The notes under the pieces were generated by a model that had not been told where the DNA came from, made no database searches, and worked only from the letters and a program-made list of their open reading frames with translations. The position numbers and the translations under genes are program-made. Positions 11,353 through 25,460 of a DNA stretch of 64,000 nucleotides are shown in pieces. The DNA is from Vicugna vicugna (Eukaryota), in NCBI GenBank assembly GCA_013265495.1, contig MU058423.1, forward strand, positions 9,409,627-9,473,626, given 5' to 3'. How positions within the stretch are numbered: the first letter of the stretch is position 1; the number at the start of each line of letters is the position of its first letter.

Positions 11353-14300
11353 TGTATAACCTTATGGAGGATGAATCTTGATGTGACAAATTTTATGAGA
11401 TTTTTTTCATAATTTTTTTGTTGATTCACGGAATTAATCATTAGCATCTTGCATTTCAGGTAGTTCACCAGTAAAAACAGAAAAATAAATCAGTTTTTGC
11501 TCCTAGCGGTTAAAGAATTCATGTTTCTAAATGGTATATCAAATCCAACATGGTTTGTTTTGACATTAGCTAGTTAATATTGAATGACTAAGGTTTGCAA
11601 TGAAAAAAGGAAGGCTTATTTTATTTTTTAATCATAACTCATCTGAAAAATAGCTCTGAAATTGCAGTGAATATTCTTGAGTACACATATTGATGACTTC
11701 AATCAGGTAATTTTGACTGCACTGTGTTGATCATATGCAATGGGCAGATACATTATTACCACTGGGTCAGAGGTTATAGGTGTTTCATCTTTACAGATAA
11801 TTTGGCCAATGGGAACGTCAAACTCTATTTTCCCAGTAAAATTGAGAGCATGCAATCTCATAAGGGATGGGCTGTTTCGTTTTATTTTTAAAGTTAGGGT
11901 CCAGTAAATTTCATCAAACATTGAACAAACTTTTATTAAGCACCTAGTATATGTCAGGCACATTTTATTCACCAAACTGAAATAAAAGTATATCAAAAAA
12001 GATGAAGAACCCTTTTATGCATGGACATAGGTATTGCCTTATAATCGGCCCTTGCCGAACGGCATGTGTGTAATAAGAAAGGTTTAACCCACCAGTGCAA
12101 ACAATCACATGCCATGGGTAAGCCTGCCAGAGAATTAAAGGGCATTTGGCATACAGCAAACACTAAGTTTACCCCGAGCCAAATCTACTGCCTCTAATCC
12201 TACGCATTGAAGAACAGGGCAAGCGATGCAGCCACGGCAACTTCAAGATAACTAGAGGCAGAGAGCTGGCCCAACAGTGACGTTGGAAAAAGTGTCAGTC
12301 TGCTCTGATAGTTGGGAACAGAGCAGATATTTAGAAAAGCTGAATAATTTATAGTTAGATGTGAGCCGCTTTTGCCTGGGTCAATCTCATCTCCTAATAT
12401 AACTCTGTAAATATTAACAATTATCTTATGGGGAGATGACACTGTCATGATTTGAAACTGCCTGATAGGTGGGTAATGTCAGAAAAGAATGATTTAGCAG
12501 AAAGGCTAGCCCTCTTAATCAGAATAATATTTTGTACATTAAAGGTTGCATCTGCCATGAAAAGCAAGAAACGAAACTAGTTTTCAGAGAACCAGCCACC
12601 TTTATGTGCAAGTTACAAATGTAATTTTCTAATGAATGCAGACAAATGCACGCCCTGGAGGTTGGTGTGGTTGCAGCGAATTGGTTAGTTATGGGCTTCT
12701 CAAATGTTCTGCCAGGACAGAAGCAGGGTGTGTGGTTATAATTAGGGCCTGGGGAGAACCTTGCAGGACATGCCAAACACTTATTAAGAGCTAAATAATT
12801 GTAATAATGATTGAAATCGACCTCTACATAGGTGACATGAGTTTTCGCAAGTGACCTTCAAATACTGCTGTAGCCAGGTCATGGCAAATTTTTTATTTAT
12901 TTAATTTTATTTTTTTCAGGACATGGCAAGTTAATTGCAGATATGCTTACCCATGATTTTGGAAAGCTTTCTTTCCTTTAAAAAAATAATTGTAGGGGAA
13001 AAATATTTTTAGTGACTGTACTACTTGTAACCATACTATGGAACGACAAAACATATTCAGCGATGTATATAGCCACTTACTGTCTCCATTCAGAAATAAT
13101 TACTGGCTTGGTGCCTTGTAACCCTTAACATTTTTCTCTAATAGTATTATAGAGCAGCCACTGTGTTCTCTACTTTTTATCCACTTCATTTTTACTTTGC
13201 TTCTAGTGTTAATTGTTCCTATTTGATGCCAAGAACAGGACTCTTATTATTCCAAGACCAAGAATGTAAATTCCAACCTCAACATAACATAGAATAACCA
13301 ACAAAGACCAGTCAGCTTTGGGTGAGCTAAATGAACGAAGTGACATTTGCTTTATGGCCGACAAAAGCTGCATTGCAAGGGGGTGGTGTGGAGGTTTCCT
13401 GAGCTGGTAGATTTGGTCTCTGGACACTCTCCGGGGGCATGGGGAAGCCTGGGCCCCGTAGCAGCACAGACCCTTTCTCTAACACGATGAGTCTCTGCTT
13501 CTGAACATTCTTTCTTCATGACCACCGCCTGGAGGATGGATCATTGACACTAACTCTCCTCCCACTTTATGGATTCAGTTGCTTGTTCAGTTGCTTGTTT
13601 TTCCTTCTTAAATCATGTCAGTTTAGCCAAAGACCTATGACATCCCTGTTCATGGCCTTAAATTTGTGTTTCGAGTCACTGAATATTGTTTTGAATGAGA
13701 TACTTACTGTTGCAGCACTTTGAAAAGTTAAAGGATCTAAAGAGAGGTAAGCACAAATAAAAATTTGCTCTGAGGAGTTTATAATTCTTGAATCTCCTCT
13801 CGAGAAACAAAGACTTATATGTGGTGGGTTCTTAATAAATGTTCTTTAAAATAAATCAAGAACAGGCAGGGTGAAGCATGATGGAAAGTGTCTGGAGTCA
13901 GAGAGATCTGTGTGTGATTTATGGGCCAGCTGTTAAAAGGTTTATAGCCTTCTGTGCTTTAGTGTCCTTATGTGTAGAACAAGGCTAATTAGACTTCCCT
14001 CAGGGAATTGTCATTCTCAGAATAATGCTTAGTACATAATATTTACTCCATAAACTGTAATCGTTTTTCCTGAATTGCAGGAGAGTGAAGGAAGGACTCT
14101 TGGAGGTTATTATTCTAATCTACTTTTTTAGCCTCCCATTGTGGTGGGCAAGTGTTTATTCTAGGTAACCGTTTAATTCTTATTTCTACTCACATGTAAA
14201 TGAGATTGGCAGGTCTGAGCAAGGGAGAATGCTGGGAGGTGGGGATAAGGAAATAAAAGAGCATACGAGGAAGGGGGAAAGGCGAAAAGGGGAGTGATGG

Positions 14301-16469
14301 AGAGATGTTAAAACTTGCCATCAACAACTGCCTCTGAAACCAGGGGCATATTACTGTCATATAACTTTGCCGTTGACTCAAGACAGTTGGGTGTGTTTAT
14401 TCTTTTTTATTTTTAAAAGAAATTCGAGGCTTTCCCTTTTAGTTTATTAACATTCAATTCATTGTCTTATCTTCAGCTTCTCCTTAAATCCATGGTATTT
14501 TCAAGTCCATCCATCCATCATTCATTCACATATTAAGCTGTGTAGTCACGGGTATTCCTACTATGTGCTAGGCATTGTACTTTATTTTTTTGTGGGGGAG
14601 ATAGATTTCTTCCCTTTTTTGGTGGAAATTTGGTTAACTTAGCTCCTTTTGTTAAATTAAAAAGGCTTCTAAATTAAAAATAGTCAGAATATCTGGGAAA
14701 TTAAAAACAACAGATGAGCTATTACAAATCTGGTAAGCCAATTAGTCAAACATGGGGAGTGAAAAACATGCTCAGAATGATTGTGACTCAAATAATTGCC
14801 TGAGAATCATTTCTTAAGTGTTTCCAGGCAACAGCAAATTCACGAAGAAACAAATGGTATTTTTCTCTCCTTTTTTGCCTTTTCCCCCTTTCTCTTCTCT
14901 CTTGTATTGTTACAGAAGAGCAGCTTGTCTATCTCCCTGAAATGTGTTGTTAGATGTATGTGGCTGAGAGGGTCAGAGCAGGAAAGCAGAAACATTTAGA
15001 ATGTGATATGTTTCATGCAGCATGTATCACTGTGTTTGATGAGACACTAGTTTCACTAAGGTACAACTGGCTTGCACAGGTAGATCAGAACATTAAGTAG
15101 GGGTTAAACTTGGACAGAAATAATAATCAGCTAAGCTTGGATAAACTGTGACCAGTAACAAAGTCATCTAACCTTTATATTCCTATATCATTGCTTTGAG
15201 TTCCTTTTGGAAACAGAATCTTGCCTGCTATCTTTTGAGTTAACTGAGTAGATTATTGCTTTACATGATGTTGAGTAGAATGCATTTTCTATTAGCCATC
15301 TCCATTTGTGGAGGAATTTCCCTTAAGTGATGTGGGATGACTGCCGTTGCTATAACAGCCCACTCTCCAGCTTTTGTGATGACATATAATTACACAGAGA
15401 TCCAGTGTTTCACCTGTACCTTCCCATCAGAGCCATATGTGGAAGGCAGTTTCTGACTATTTGGAGACAAATGCAAGTTCATTAAAGAAAGGCAGAAGGT
15501 CAGAAGGGTACTTTGGAATATTAAAAAAAAATTCTTACTGGAGAACATTTAATCATAAGTAGATAATCCTTCTCAAAGGGAATGCAGTGTATTTGCATCA
15601 TTCTCCTTGGCAGTTAACCTTTTGCATTTTATGCTTATGACATTTCTGTCAAGTGCTCTGTGTGCTGCAACTGAAGTCAGGTCTTTGGGCACAGTTCAAA
15701 AAGTAGCAAGTGTCTGGATGGGAGCTTGATGCAAGGCAGTTTGGCATAGGGAGTCTTGGAGAACCGCAGGGTAGCTGGACAGGAAAGAGGAACTTAGCAT
15801 GTGAATGACGTAGTTCCTTTGGACACTTCTTAGGGTGCTTGGGGTGTCTTTTGGGTATAAGCATTGGATAGAGAAAAGCAACAGAAGTGACAGAACAGGA
15901 TTTCTAAGGCTACCTATACATTTGGGCACATGGATGTTTGAACTGAGTCAGTGCTGGTTTTGCACCTATGCCTACAATCAGGAAGAAAATGTTTCTGTAG
16001 TCACACTAAGAGTAGGGCTCATCTGGGAGGCAAACTGAAACTCTACCTTGAGCAAAGTAATTCAGAAGATGTTCAATATAGTATTCCTCCTGAGAGCATT
16101 TCCTCCTAAGGTATTAATCAGGGCACCAGGCAAAATACTCACTAATATTGTTCTAAAGCTAAGAATGTGACTCAGAGACAAAAACCATGGAAACGCACTT
16201 ATTTTCTGAAATGTTGCCTCTCTCGGAAATAAATGAGAGGATAAACATGCAGACGTACTTTACTTAAAGGTTATGGGTGAGTCAGGGAACCTCTGAGTGT
16301 TTTTCATATGCTAAAGAGTCACATGAATATCTATATAAATTATGTATATAGGAGTGAAAAAAGAGTGATATCATAGCATAGATTGGGAATTAAAAATGCT
16401 GTGAAAGGATGGCATTTAACTTCTGTAAAATTTTTCTGCAGGATCTGAGGCACAATTTATTTTTAAGAT

Positions 16470-16680
16470 TAGGACTTTAATGCTTTTAAATTTTGGCTCT
16501 TAATTTTTTAGCTGTATGCATGAAGCAAGTTAGCCTCTATAAATGTCAGTTTTCTCATCTGAATGTTATCTATTTCATAAGATGGTTCTGAGACTTCAAT
16601 GAAATAATATATATGAAGGGTTTAGTACAGTGCCTGGTCTTCAGCAAATGCTCTGTAAAAATTAACCCCTATTATTAACA
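16470..16680 (+). mobile_element. MIR SINE
   Basis: GCAAGTTAGCCTCT...TCAGTTTTCTCATCTG...TTAGTACAGTGCCTGG. Confidence 0.7.
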
Positions 16681-17804
16681 TTTTAGTCTTCAGGCCATAA
16701 AGAAAACCCATCAGTTACTTCCAAATGGAAAGAAGCTTAATTGGGTGATAACTGCAGATTACTCAAAGAAAAAGATTCTTTGAATGAGCGTAATGAAGAG
16801 AGAGGTCTTGGCCAAAAGACGAAAATCCCCAGATGAAGCTCCAGGCAGTGTCCTTCTTAGAATAATTTTTGACTCCTCCTATTTCTTATTAGAAATAGAA
16901 TCTAATGTTTTTTGAACACCGACCATGCGTCACACGGATACGGCCACGGACCGTCCCCCATCGCAGTCCCGTGAAGTGGCTATGATGGTCCCACTATTAC
17001 AGACAAGGAAGGTGAGGCCCAAAGAGGTGAAAGAACACAGCCAGGCTTGTGTACTGTGGTCGGCAGAACAGGGGTATGAATGCCAAAGGCCGTGCTCCTT
17101 CAGTTCACCTCACGAAGCTGTGGCAGTAGAAGGCATGCAGACTCCACGGGCAGTCTGGCCACAGAACCTGCAGTTACAGCGACGTTTCCACTCTGACGTT
17201 CCTATTAAAATCTTGTCATCTAGCTAAGAGGCAGATGTTGCCCTTGAGCAGGCACCAGAGATAAATCCCAATCAGGGACTGGGGTACTTTGTCTGCTTAG
17301 GGAAGGAGGATGGCGCTGCCTAGTTCAGCCTTGTCAGTTGGCTTGGTTGCCATTCCAAGCTTACAGGACAATGTACTGTATTTAGCTGCCAATGAAAGCT
17401 TTTAAGTACTGTGGGTAGTTGTTTCTGAGAAAGATTGAATTTAAAAGCGTGCACCTGATTATTTAGCAGCTTTAGAAATATCTGAGAAGAAAATGTCCAG
17501 TTATCAGGTAAAATTGCTTTGGAAATGTGACTTCTATAATGCTGGGCGCTAGTGGATGCTGCTTAATACAGACAAGGCGCAGATATTTTTTGTCTCCGTA
17601 TGTTGCTTTAGAACGTTCTGTTCCCTGCACATTTTAAACAAGATAAACATGCCTTGATGGGTCACAAGATTGCAAATTCTTTGTGAACTCTTTGCAAATA
17701 CATCTTTTTAGGACTATTCCTTAAACAAAGCAGTTTGCTCTTACGTGTTAAGTGTATTACCATTTCCAGAGCATTTACACCTACAGCTCTCTTTTAATTT
17801 TACA

Positions 17805-18035
17805 GCTGGAGAGCACCAAACCTGACTTGCCTTGAGACCCACGTCTGTCCTTTACTGGCTCTGCGACCTTGATGAAGTCTCTTATCCTCTCTGAGCCTAT
17901 TTCCTCATCTGTGAAATGGAGGTATCGACGCTTTCTTTCCAGGATTGCTGTGAGTATTAAATGACTTAATGGAATTGCAAGTGCTTTGTAAATTGCACAA
18001 GGTCATTTAAAAATGAACCATTACTGCTATTATTA
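17805..18035 (+). mobile_element. MIR SINE
   Basis: CTCTCTGAGCCTATTTCCTCATCTGTGAAATGG...GTGAGTATTAAATGA. Confidence 0.7.
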
Positions 18036-20257
18036 TTTATATATGGGAATTAAAATTATTTGGTTTTAATAAAGGAGCACTGATGGGTTAATGACATCCT
18101 TAAGATCTAAAATAAAGTCATAGTGAGACACCAGAAACTGGGTAACGAACAGACATTTAATTGGTAATTTAACAATGACATTAATGGGACATGGAAGAAG
18201 GTCTTGTGTGTGGTAGGAGCTGTGTGGAGAAAGGAGAACCAAGGGACACACTATGCTGCAAAGGCTTCCTATAAGAGATGATGCCTTTTCAGTCCACAGA
18301 GGTTGCTGTGTGCCATTATTTTATAGGCAGCACAGGACAGTGAAATGAGGTAGTCTCTGATCTGCCACTTCCTAAGTGTGTGGATTTTTTAATCTCTCTG
18401 CGAAAAATGAAGATTGTAACACCTGCCTCACAGGGTTATGAAGATTAAATGGGATGATGTGTGCGAAGTGCCTGCTATGTATTATGGCTCCGAAAATGTT
18501 TTCCTCCTCCTCCTTCTCCTCCTCTTCCTCTTCCTTCTTTTCCCTTCTTCTCTTTTCCTCTTTTTTTCGGTCAGATAGACGCTCTCACTGGGCAAGCCAC
18601 TACCAGAACTACTAGATGCTCGTGTGCTTCTCCGAGCACTCAGGCAAGGCCATCGCTAGAGTCCTGTACCTTCTCTGGGATGACTTAGAGCGGCCCAAGC
18701 TCATTAATGGAGTTTGACTAAATGTAGCCACTTCAGTTGCCATCAGATGAGAGGAAGTTCTAAGGGCTCGGCATGTGGAAAGACTCCAAAGGAGGGGCTC
18801 TGAGAGGAAGCAAGGTGGTGTCTGTGCAGGGCCAGGGTTTACAGGGATTAACTCAGGACTCCTTAAGAGACAAGGATTGTGTGTGGAGGAATGAGGGAGG
18901 CAATCACTGGCTAAGCCAGACTTTGTCAGGAAGCTCTTGCTAAGGGATGACTTACAAAGAACCAAAGTTTCCAAACGGTTTAGTTGATGTATTGAGTTAT
19001 TTTAAAAATATTTGTTATCTGTTGTTCAGAAGTAGTTGATATCTTTGAACAAACAACTGAGGGGCTTATAAATGTAAACATCTCAATGGTAACTTTTTAA
19101 GAATTGTTAATTTAAAAAAACATCCCAATAAGAATGAGTGGTTAGTGATTTTTAGCTATTAAATATACAAGTGTATGAAATGAAGCAAGTGAAATAAAAA
19201 TCAGTTAAAAAAAAAAGAAGGTTTTTCTCCCCCATGTTGTCCATTTCAGGCCTGATGCAATCTGTTTGTATAGTGTGGAGAGTATGGACAAAATGCGGCC
19301 ATACCACAACTACTGGATAGTTTTATCTTCCAGGTCTTTCCTGTAGTCCTCACTAAAGATAACAGATTTGCAGTGAGCACGGTTTTGGAAGTTACCCATA
19401 TTTCAAAGACAGGTAGGCTTTAAATTATTGTCATTATTAGACCAAACAATTTTCCGTCTTTTTTCCATGTGTAGGTTAGAAAATGATTCTGACATTTCCC
19501 ATATCTCTGTCTCCCATGCTACCTACATTGAGTGAAAGTATTAATAATCACATCTTACATTTGAGTTTTCCAATTTTTTTTATGCCCATCACCTCATTTT
19601 AAGCCAAGGCGATCTAAAACCTTTGCATGTCATGGAAGTTGCTGACTCTGTATCACTGCGTCTGATGGGCAGGGAAGGACGTCAAGAAGTGAGGTCAACC
19701 CTTGTGACTGAACAATCCAGGCAGCGGAAGAAAAAAACGATAGTGAACGAGTTGTGTAGTGTCTTCTCTTTCGAAATCCTGCGGCTGTGGCTGGGGAGGG
19801 TCTGGGAAGAGGTGTGATGGAGGGACAGTGTGCACACACCCTTAGAACTGTCACTTGTCCTGAGGTGAGCGTAGAGGTTGGGGCTGTGAAGAGCTGTTGT
19901 TTGACCTTTGGCCAGGTGCCAGGTAGCGCTAGGAGGTTAGGACATGCAGTGTTAAGCTGCTCAGCAACTCTAAAAGACAGATACTGTTACTACCGTTTAG
20001 TAGGTGAGGCAGTGGGCCCAGAGAGCTCTGGGTAAGTCACCATATGTATTGAAAAAATAAATCCTGTGTTGGTATGAGTAGGGGACATTTACAGAAAAAT
20101 TTCTCTTGTTGTTTTCTTGTGTGTTTCCTTAGTCTTTCTTAGAAATCTGAATGGAAAATCTGATTGTGCCTCTAAAAAGGAGAATGGCTCTTATTCATTC
20201 AATGTGGGTCAGAGTCAAAATTAAGACAGGTGTGGAGTGTCTCAGTGAGGGCCTTAC

Positions 20258-20382
20258 CTGAGGATGCTTTGCTCTAGAACCTGGATCTGGTGCTGGTCTT
20301 GCTGGTTTTGCTTCTTCATCTCTTCCTGTTCTTTTCCGGTGCTGATTCCGTCTAGAAGCCATTTCTCCCTCAAGGCCTTTTT
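20258..20382 (-). CDS. PALMD: Exon 3, 125 nt (KKALREKWLLDGISTGKEQEEMKKQNQQDQHQIQVLEQSILR)
   Basis: Acceptor ATCAG, donor CAG|GTAAGG; contains the paralemmin-family KALREKWLL motif. Confidence 0.97.
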
Positions 20383-23300
20383 CTGATGATCAGGAAATAT
20401 AAAAAGATGTTCTTATATCAATCAGCAATTCCAAAACCTCTGACTGCTTTCAAATCTTGTGAATTTCAGTGGTGGAGGTATTAAGGAGAAGCTGTGTTCC
20501 CTCACTGCCTTGCCTGAATAACTCTGATGGTTTCCTGCTCGGCACCCTTCTTGAGCCCTTTCTTAAGCCAGTTTTTATAGATCTAAATCCTACGTATATT
20601 CTAAGGTCCAATTCAGGTCCTCCTTCTCTGAGAAGATCTCTGTCCTCCCCCTGCATCCGCCCCACAGCCCGACCTCCCCCCACAGAACTCTTTCCTTAGA
20701 CTCACACAGCAGCGTATGTTTACACATACTGGATGTTTAGCAGTCACGTAGGGACCTCATCATGGTGATGCTTTACTGTTGCTTGTTGGGTTGATGGGTG
20801 TGTATCTTGTGTCAAAGTAACAAGCTCCTTGAAGTCATTTGATATTCATCCCAGTGACAGTCTACAGTGGCCACTCCAAAAAAAAAGAAAACAAAAAACC
20901 CACCAACTTTTGTGGGATTAGTTGGAATGGTGGGCAAAACAAGAGATTGCTATTGTGTCTTTAGTTCATGATGGTCTTAGGCTGTGTGGTTGATATGGGT
21001 TTGCCTACCCAGTACCCCTTCTTTCTTCTGAGAGCCTCCCTGGTTCTAGATATCCTTTAAGTTCAGCCCCCTTCTTGTCTCAACAATGCAGAAAATTCCC
21101 TGATCTGTCTAAATACTGCTGAGTTGAATTTCAGTCAACTTTGACAAAACAAAACAAAAAAAGATTTACGTTTCATCATATGGAAAAAAACATCCTCCTG
21201 AATTTGCATGAACGAGTTACATTCCTGGACTTGAGCCTAAGAAGACAAAGCAAATGATAAGGACCTGAAAATTTGGAGAGGCTGTGGTTAGCATCCTGTC
21301 CGTGTCTCAAGTAAAAACTGTTAGATATTATTTTCAAAGAGTTTGAGTTTCTCCTTTCCTTCCTGGAGGAAAATGCTGTCACTATATATCTAATACGACC
21401 TTTGTAAATTATTTGTTCCATAATTATTCACTGGGAATTTACTATGTCTAAAATGGTGGGGAGAGAAGAATGGGAACTTTATTTTTCTGGGACTTCTTTC
21501 TCTAACCTCACGATTAAAATGAAAGCAAGTAAGAATTTTTGTCTTTTTTTGTTAAAAGCATGCTGGAATTAATTCAACTGAAATATAAATATCTCTGAAT
21601 TTAAAATAAATTTAAATAAGTTTGATTGGGCTAGATATTTACCAAAGGAAGTTCAGTTAAACTAAGGCAATGGTTTTCAAATCATTAAAAAATATTATAC
21701 TGTCACAAACGAAGACTATATGGAATGTATGTATTACATGGAATAACTTGTCGAATAAATGAAAGATGGCCTGCTCTAGCTGAACCACTGAGGGGTCCTC
21801 GAAGCCTACAGATGCACAGAACACAGTTAGAAAACCACAAGATTAAGTCAGTGATAGCCTCACCCCCAATCATCATATTTGTGTTGGCTTTTTCAGAGTT
21901 TCAAGCAATTGCATGTGGCCGACACACCTCATAAGAGCAGTTTAGATTATTCCAGTTGGCAGCGGTGAGAGATTCTTTAGTCCAATGTTATGTTTTCCCT
22001 TAATTATAGCTGTTTAGTTGTTTGTAAAAGGGGTTTCCACAGACACAATAAATATTATTAATAAAAGTCAAGATTTATCTCCTGATAAGACGCCAAGAAA
22101 ATCTGAGTATATCAGCATTTAAGAAGCTCCCTTGATTTTACTTTATTTTTACTTGATGGAATATGGTGATAACTAATGCACAGTAAAGAAGACAGATGAC
22201 AACTATCAAAGTAAATTACAGTCTTTACAAACAACCTCAAGGGTAGTTTCAGTCAGTTGCATCCGTATCACTATAAGGAACAACCCAGATAGGACGGTCT
22301 TACGATGCTGACTTGCCGAAGGTGGAGAATGATTCTCGTGGCATGATTAGGGTGTCTTGGGACTACATTCTTGGTTCTCAGTTCGGTTAGGAGTAAGAGT
22401 AATTTTGATTTTAGCCTTATAAACTTTGTTCATAATTCACGAATTGTCATTTAGCTCCAGCAGAGAACTCTTTGCGTCTAAATATAAAATATGTAATTTG
22501 GATGTGCAGTCAAAACGATATGGTACAATCACATATTGTGGTAACGGAAACACAGTTATTTTGCTTTTACGTCACAGTTTAGACTTATGCTTTAGTCCTT
22601 GAGGCTGATGAATAGAATAAAATCTATTTCACAACAATGACATTCAGAATCAGAAGCCGTATTAACTAAATGAAAATCTAGGTGACAGGCAGGTAGGAGG
22701 TCTTTGGGCAGGTTTTCCTGAAGCACTCCTGGATTCTACGCAGCGGTTATGGGCGACTTTAGGAGTGAACTAGTTTTTCATACCATGATTTAAATGGACT
22801 TCCAGAAAAGACATGTTTTCTAGGTTGAGTATACTTTGTGTTTCTTGGTGGGCATCGGGTGGTGATCATGATACTAGGCCAGAAGAGGCACAGTGCCCAA
22901 GCTGCAGAGATGTTTGAATGTGAGGACGTGGATAATGGCCCTGGAAACCCCCTTTCCAGGATGTCACTGGTATGAACATCAGGTTCTGGAGCTGAAGAAT
23001 ATTAGAGTGGATTACCACAACTATTTTGAAGTGTGTGTGCTGTGTACTGCTGATACAGAAGGATCACTTGGTAAACGTTTGTCTTTGTGTTGCTTGAAGT
23101 CGCAGTCAGGAAAGTGGCGAGGCTAGTCACTGGAATGGTGACAAATGGATGAAGAAGAAAGTAAAAGAAAGACCAGTAATTGCAGAAGCCAGCAGAGCTT
23201 TTTTTGACATGGTGAACGTATTTTGGAATCAATTTTAAAAATACTTCTGCACATTTTTGAGCCCTATTTTGGAATTAGGCCTAGCTGCTGTTTGGAATAG

Positions 23301-24319
23301 CCAGTCATCTTCTGCAGAACTTGGAAGGATGTACTCCACTGAAACAGCCGCTCTTTCCTCTGCGTCCCCTTTGCAGCTGATGCCCCTGTATTGTGTTCAT
23401 CCCAGTATAAATGTCATGATAAGTGTGTGTGTCAGTTACCATTTTAAGGGCACAGACCAAACTTGTTTTATATTCTTAATGTCCAGCTTGGTACCTTGCA
23501 CATAGTTGGTGCTTAATAGATGTATATTGACTGAAAGGCCCCATGTACAGCTATATAACTTCTGCTTACCCGTGAAGACTTAGGTCAAGTCCCACACCTT
23601 TAACAGAACCTTTTTTGACCACTCCAGGTGAAAGAATTACTGCTTATACTTATGTTTAAATTGAAACAGTGATCATTTATCTTGTCCTAATTATTGATTT
23701 GACCTTGAATTTCCCCACTAGGTGGCCAGCAGAGGGGCCCCAGCTCTCAGAGCCATGGCTAATCCCTAAGGCACTAATATGCAGATAAGGAAAGGGTATG
23801 GTTCCCCACTGCTACCCCTCGGGTCAGTGCACAGCTTGGGAAGGTGTCAGCACTTGTCTGCAGAGAGAAAGAAACTGTCCTCCAGACAGAAGCAGCCCTG
23901 TGCCAGGGTGCGTGGTTTCGAGGGCGTATGGGCAAGACTTCCGCACATCCCCGACCCCCTCAGGTGTCCTCACGCAGTGTGCTGTCTGCACGACTGTCTA
24001 CTGCAGCCCAAAGCGTGATATGTGTTTTGACTGGGTTGGATCAGAAGAGGTCTCCTGGGTTCCAGAAATCAAACCTACAGGGAATTTCACTCTTTGGACT
24101 TTTTTGTTAAGTATTGAAATGAGATGTCACCTCGGAAATGGACCTCTCAGTGCGTCAGAGTTTTCCTGTGTGAACCTTCTTGGAAAGAACTGAGGGGATG
24201 TGTAAACCTTTTCTCCTACTGTGAGCTCTGCTGTTACCTGGCTGCCTATTCTGCAAAGATAGCAATTACTCAGAAGCAGTAATTAGTTCACTGTGAGACC
24301 CGAATTGTGTGCAAATTGC

Positions 24320-24320
<1 letters not shown>

Positions 24321-24356
<36 letters not shown>
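24321..24356. repeat. Compound microsatellite (TG)11(AG)7
   Basis: Read directly from the sequence. Confidence 0.95.
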
Positions 24357-24357
<1 letters not shown>

Positions 24358-25379
24358 ATGAGAGACTGAGAGAAAAAGCACTGATTTTGGAGTTAGAAAC
24401 TGGGAGTACACACTGCATTTCTTATAAGGATAGCAGGTTAGCTATGCTTTGAAATTATCCATCAAGCACTGGAAATGTCAGTTTGTATAGGAGCAAAGAA
24501 GCAAACAGAATCCAGAAAACTGGCACTAATTTGCACTTAAATCACGCTTCTTTTCAGAGGCCGATACTTGATCCATTAAAACAGACAGGTTTAGCTGAAT
24601 TTGGCAAGTTTCCCAAAAGACTGCAGACCCCACGAGTGTGTGGCATTGTTTCACTGAGAGATGTATTACATCTATTGATAGAAGCCCTGCCAGATAAATA
24701 GTTTCCTGCCTGGGCCCGTTCACAAGGAGCTCCTGTTTGTCATCTGGTTGCATCCTGTGACAAAGCTGTGCAATAAAATGTTGAGACTCGACGTGCTTTA
24801 ATTACAAAATGCCCACACCCATGGAAGACGTAAAGTCGGAGTTTAAAAATGAAAGTTTATTTTTGGTTATGAGCTCATGTTCTGTCAAAACAAAATAAAA
24901 CAGAACCTTGCACCACACTCAAACAGCATTGGATTCATTGCGCTGAGCTTTTACATACGCGCATCCTTCAGCAGGCTGGGCGGTGTCTGTCCTGTACCCC
25001 CTGGGGATGGGCAGGCCTTTGACTGATTTCAAAAGGAATGTCTTAGCTGGGTCCACCCCCAAGGGATGTTAAGCAAGACTGTGTTCAGGGCCAAATTATT
25101 AAGGCTGAATTCTCAAGGTGGCCCAAGAAAATGAGGAAATTCAGTAATAAAGGCTAAAAGTAATAAAACCATATTTTCAACTTTCCACATATTTGCCAGA
25201 AGGAATTAATCTCATATGCAAATATTACTAGCTTGTTGGCCTCCCCTGTAATTACTGGGGTGTTAGTACAACTATGTTGGAATTTTTTCCTTCCTAAAGC
25301 AACTTTACTATCGAAGTTTGAGTCCAATAAGAATATTTGAATGCAAAGTCATAGAAATGAAATTAAAGTCATCAGTTAC

Positions 25380-25460
25380 CTTCAAATGCTGGTGCTTTAG
25401 CTTGTCTTCCTCTATTTTCAGACGCTTCTGTGAGATTTCTTCCTGTATTTTTCTTTTATC
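25380..25460 (-). CDS. PALMD: Exon 2, 81 nt (DKRKIQEEISQKRLKIEEDKLKHQHLK)
   Basis: Acceptor TTTTTTTATTTCAG, donor AAG|GTAACT, phase 0-0; coiled-coil-type sequence. Confidence 0.97.
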
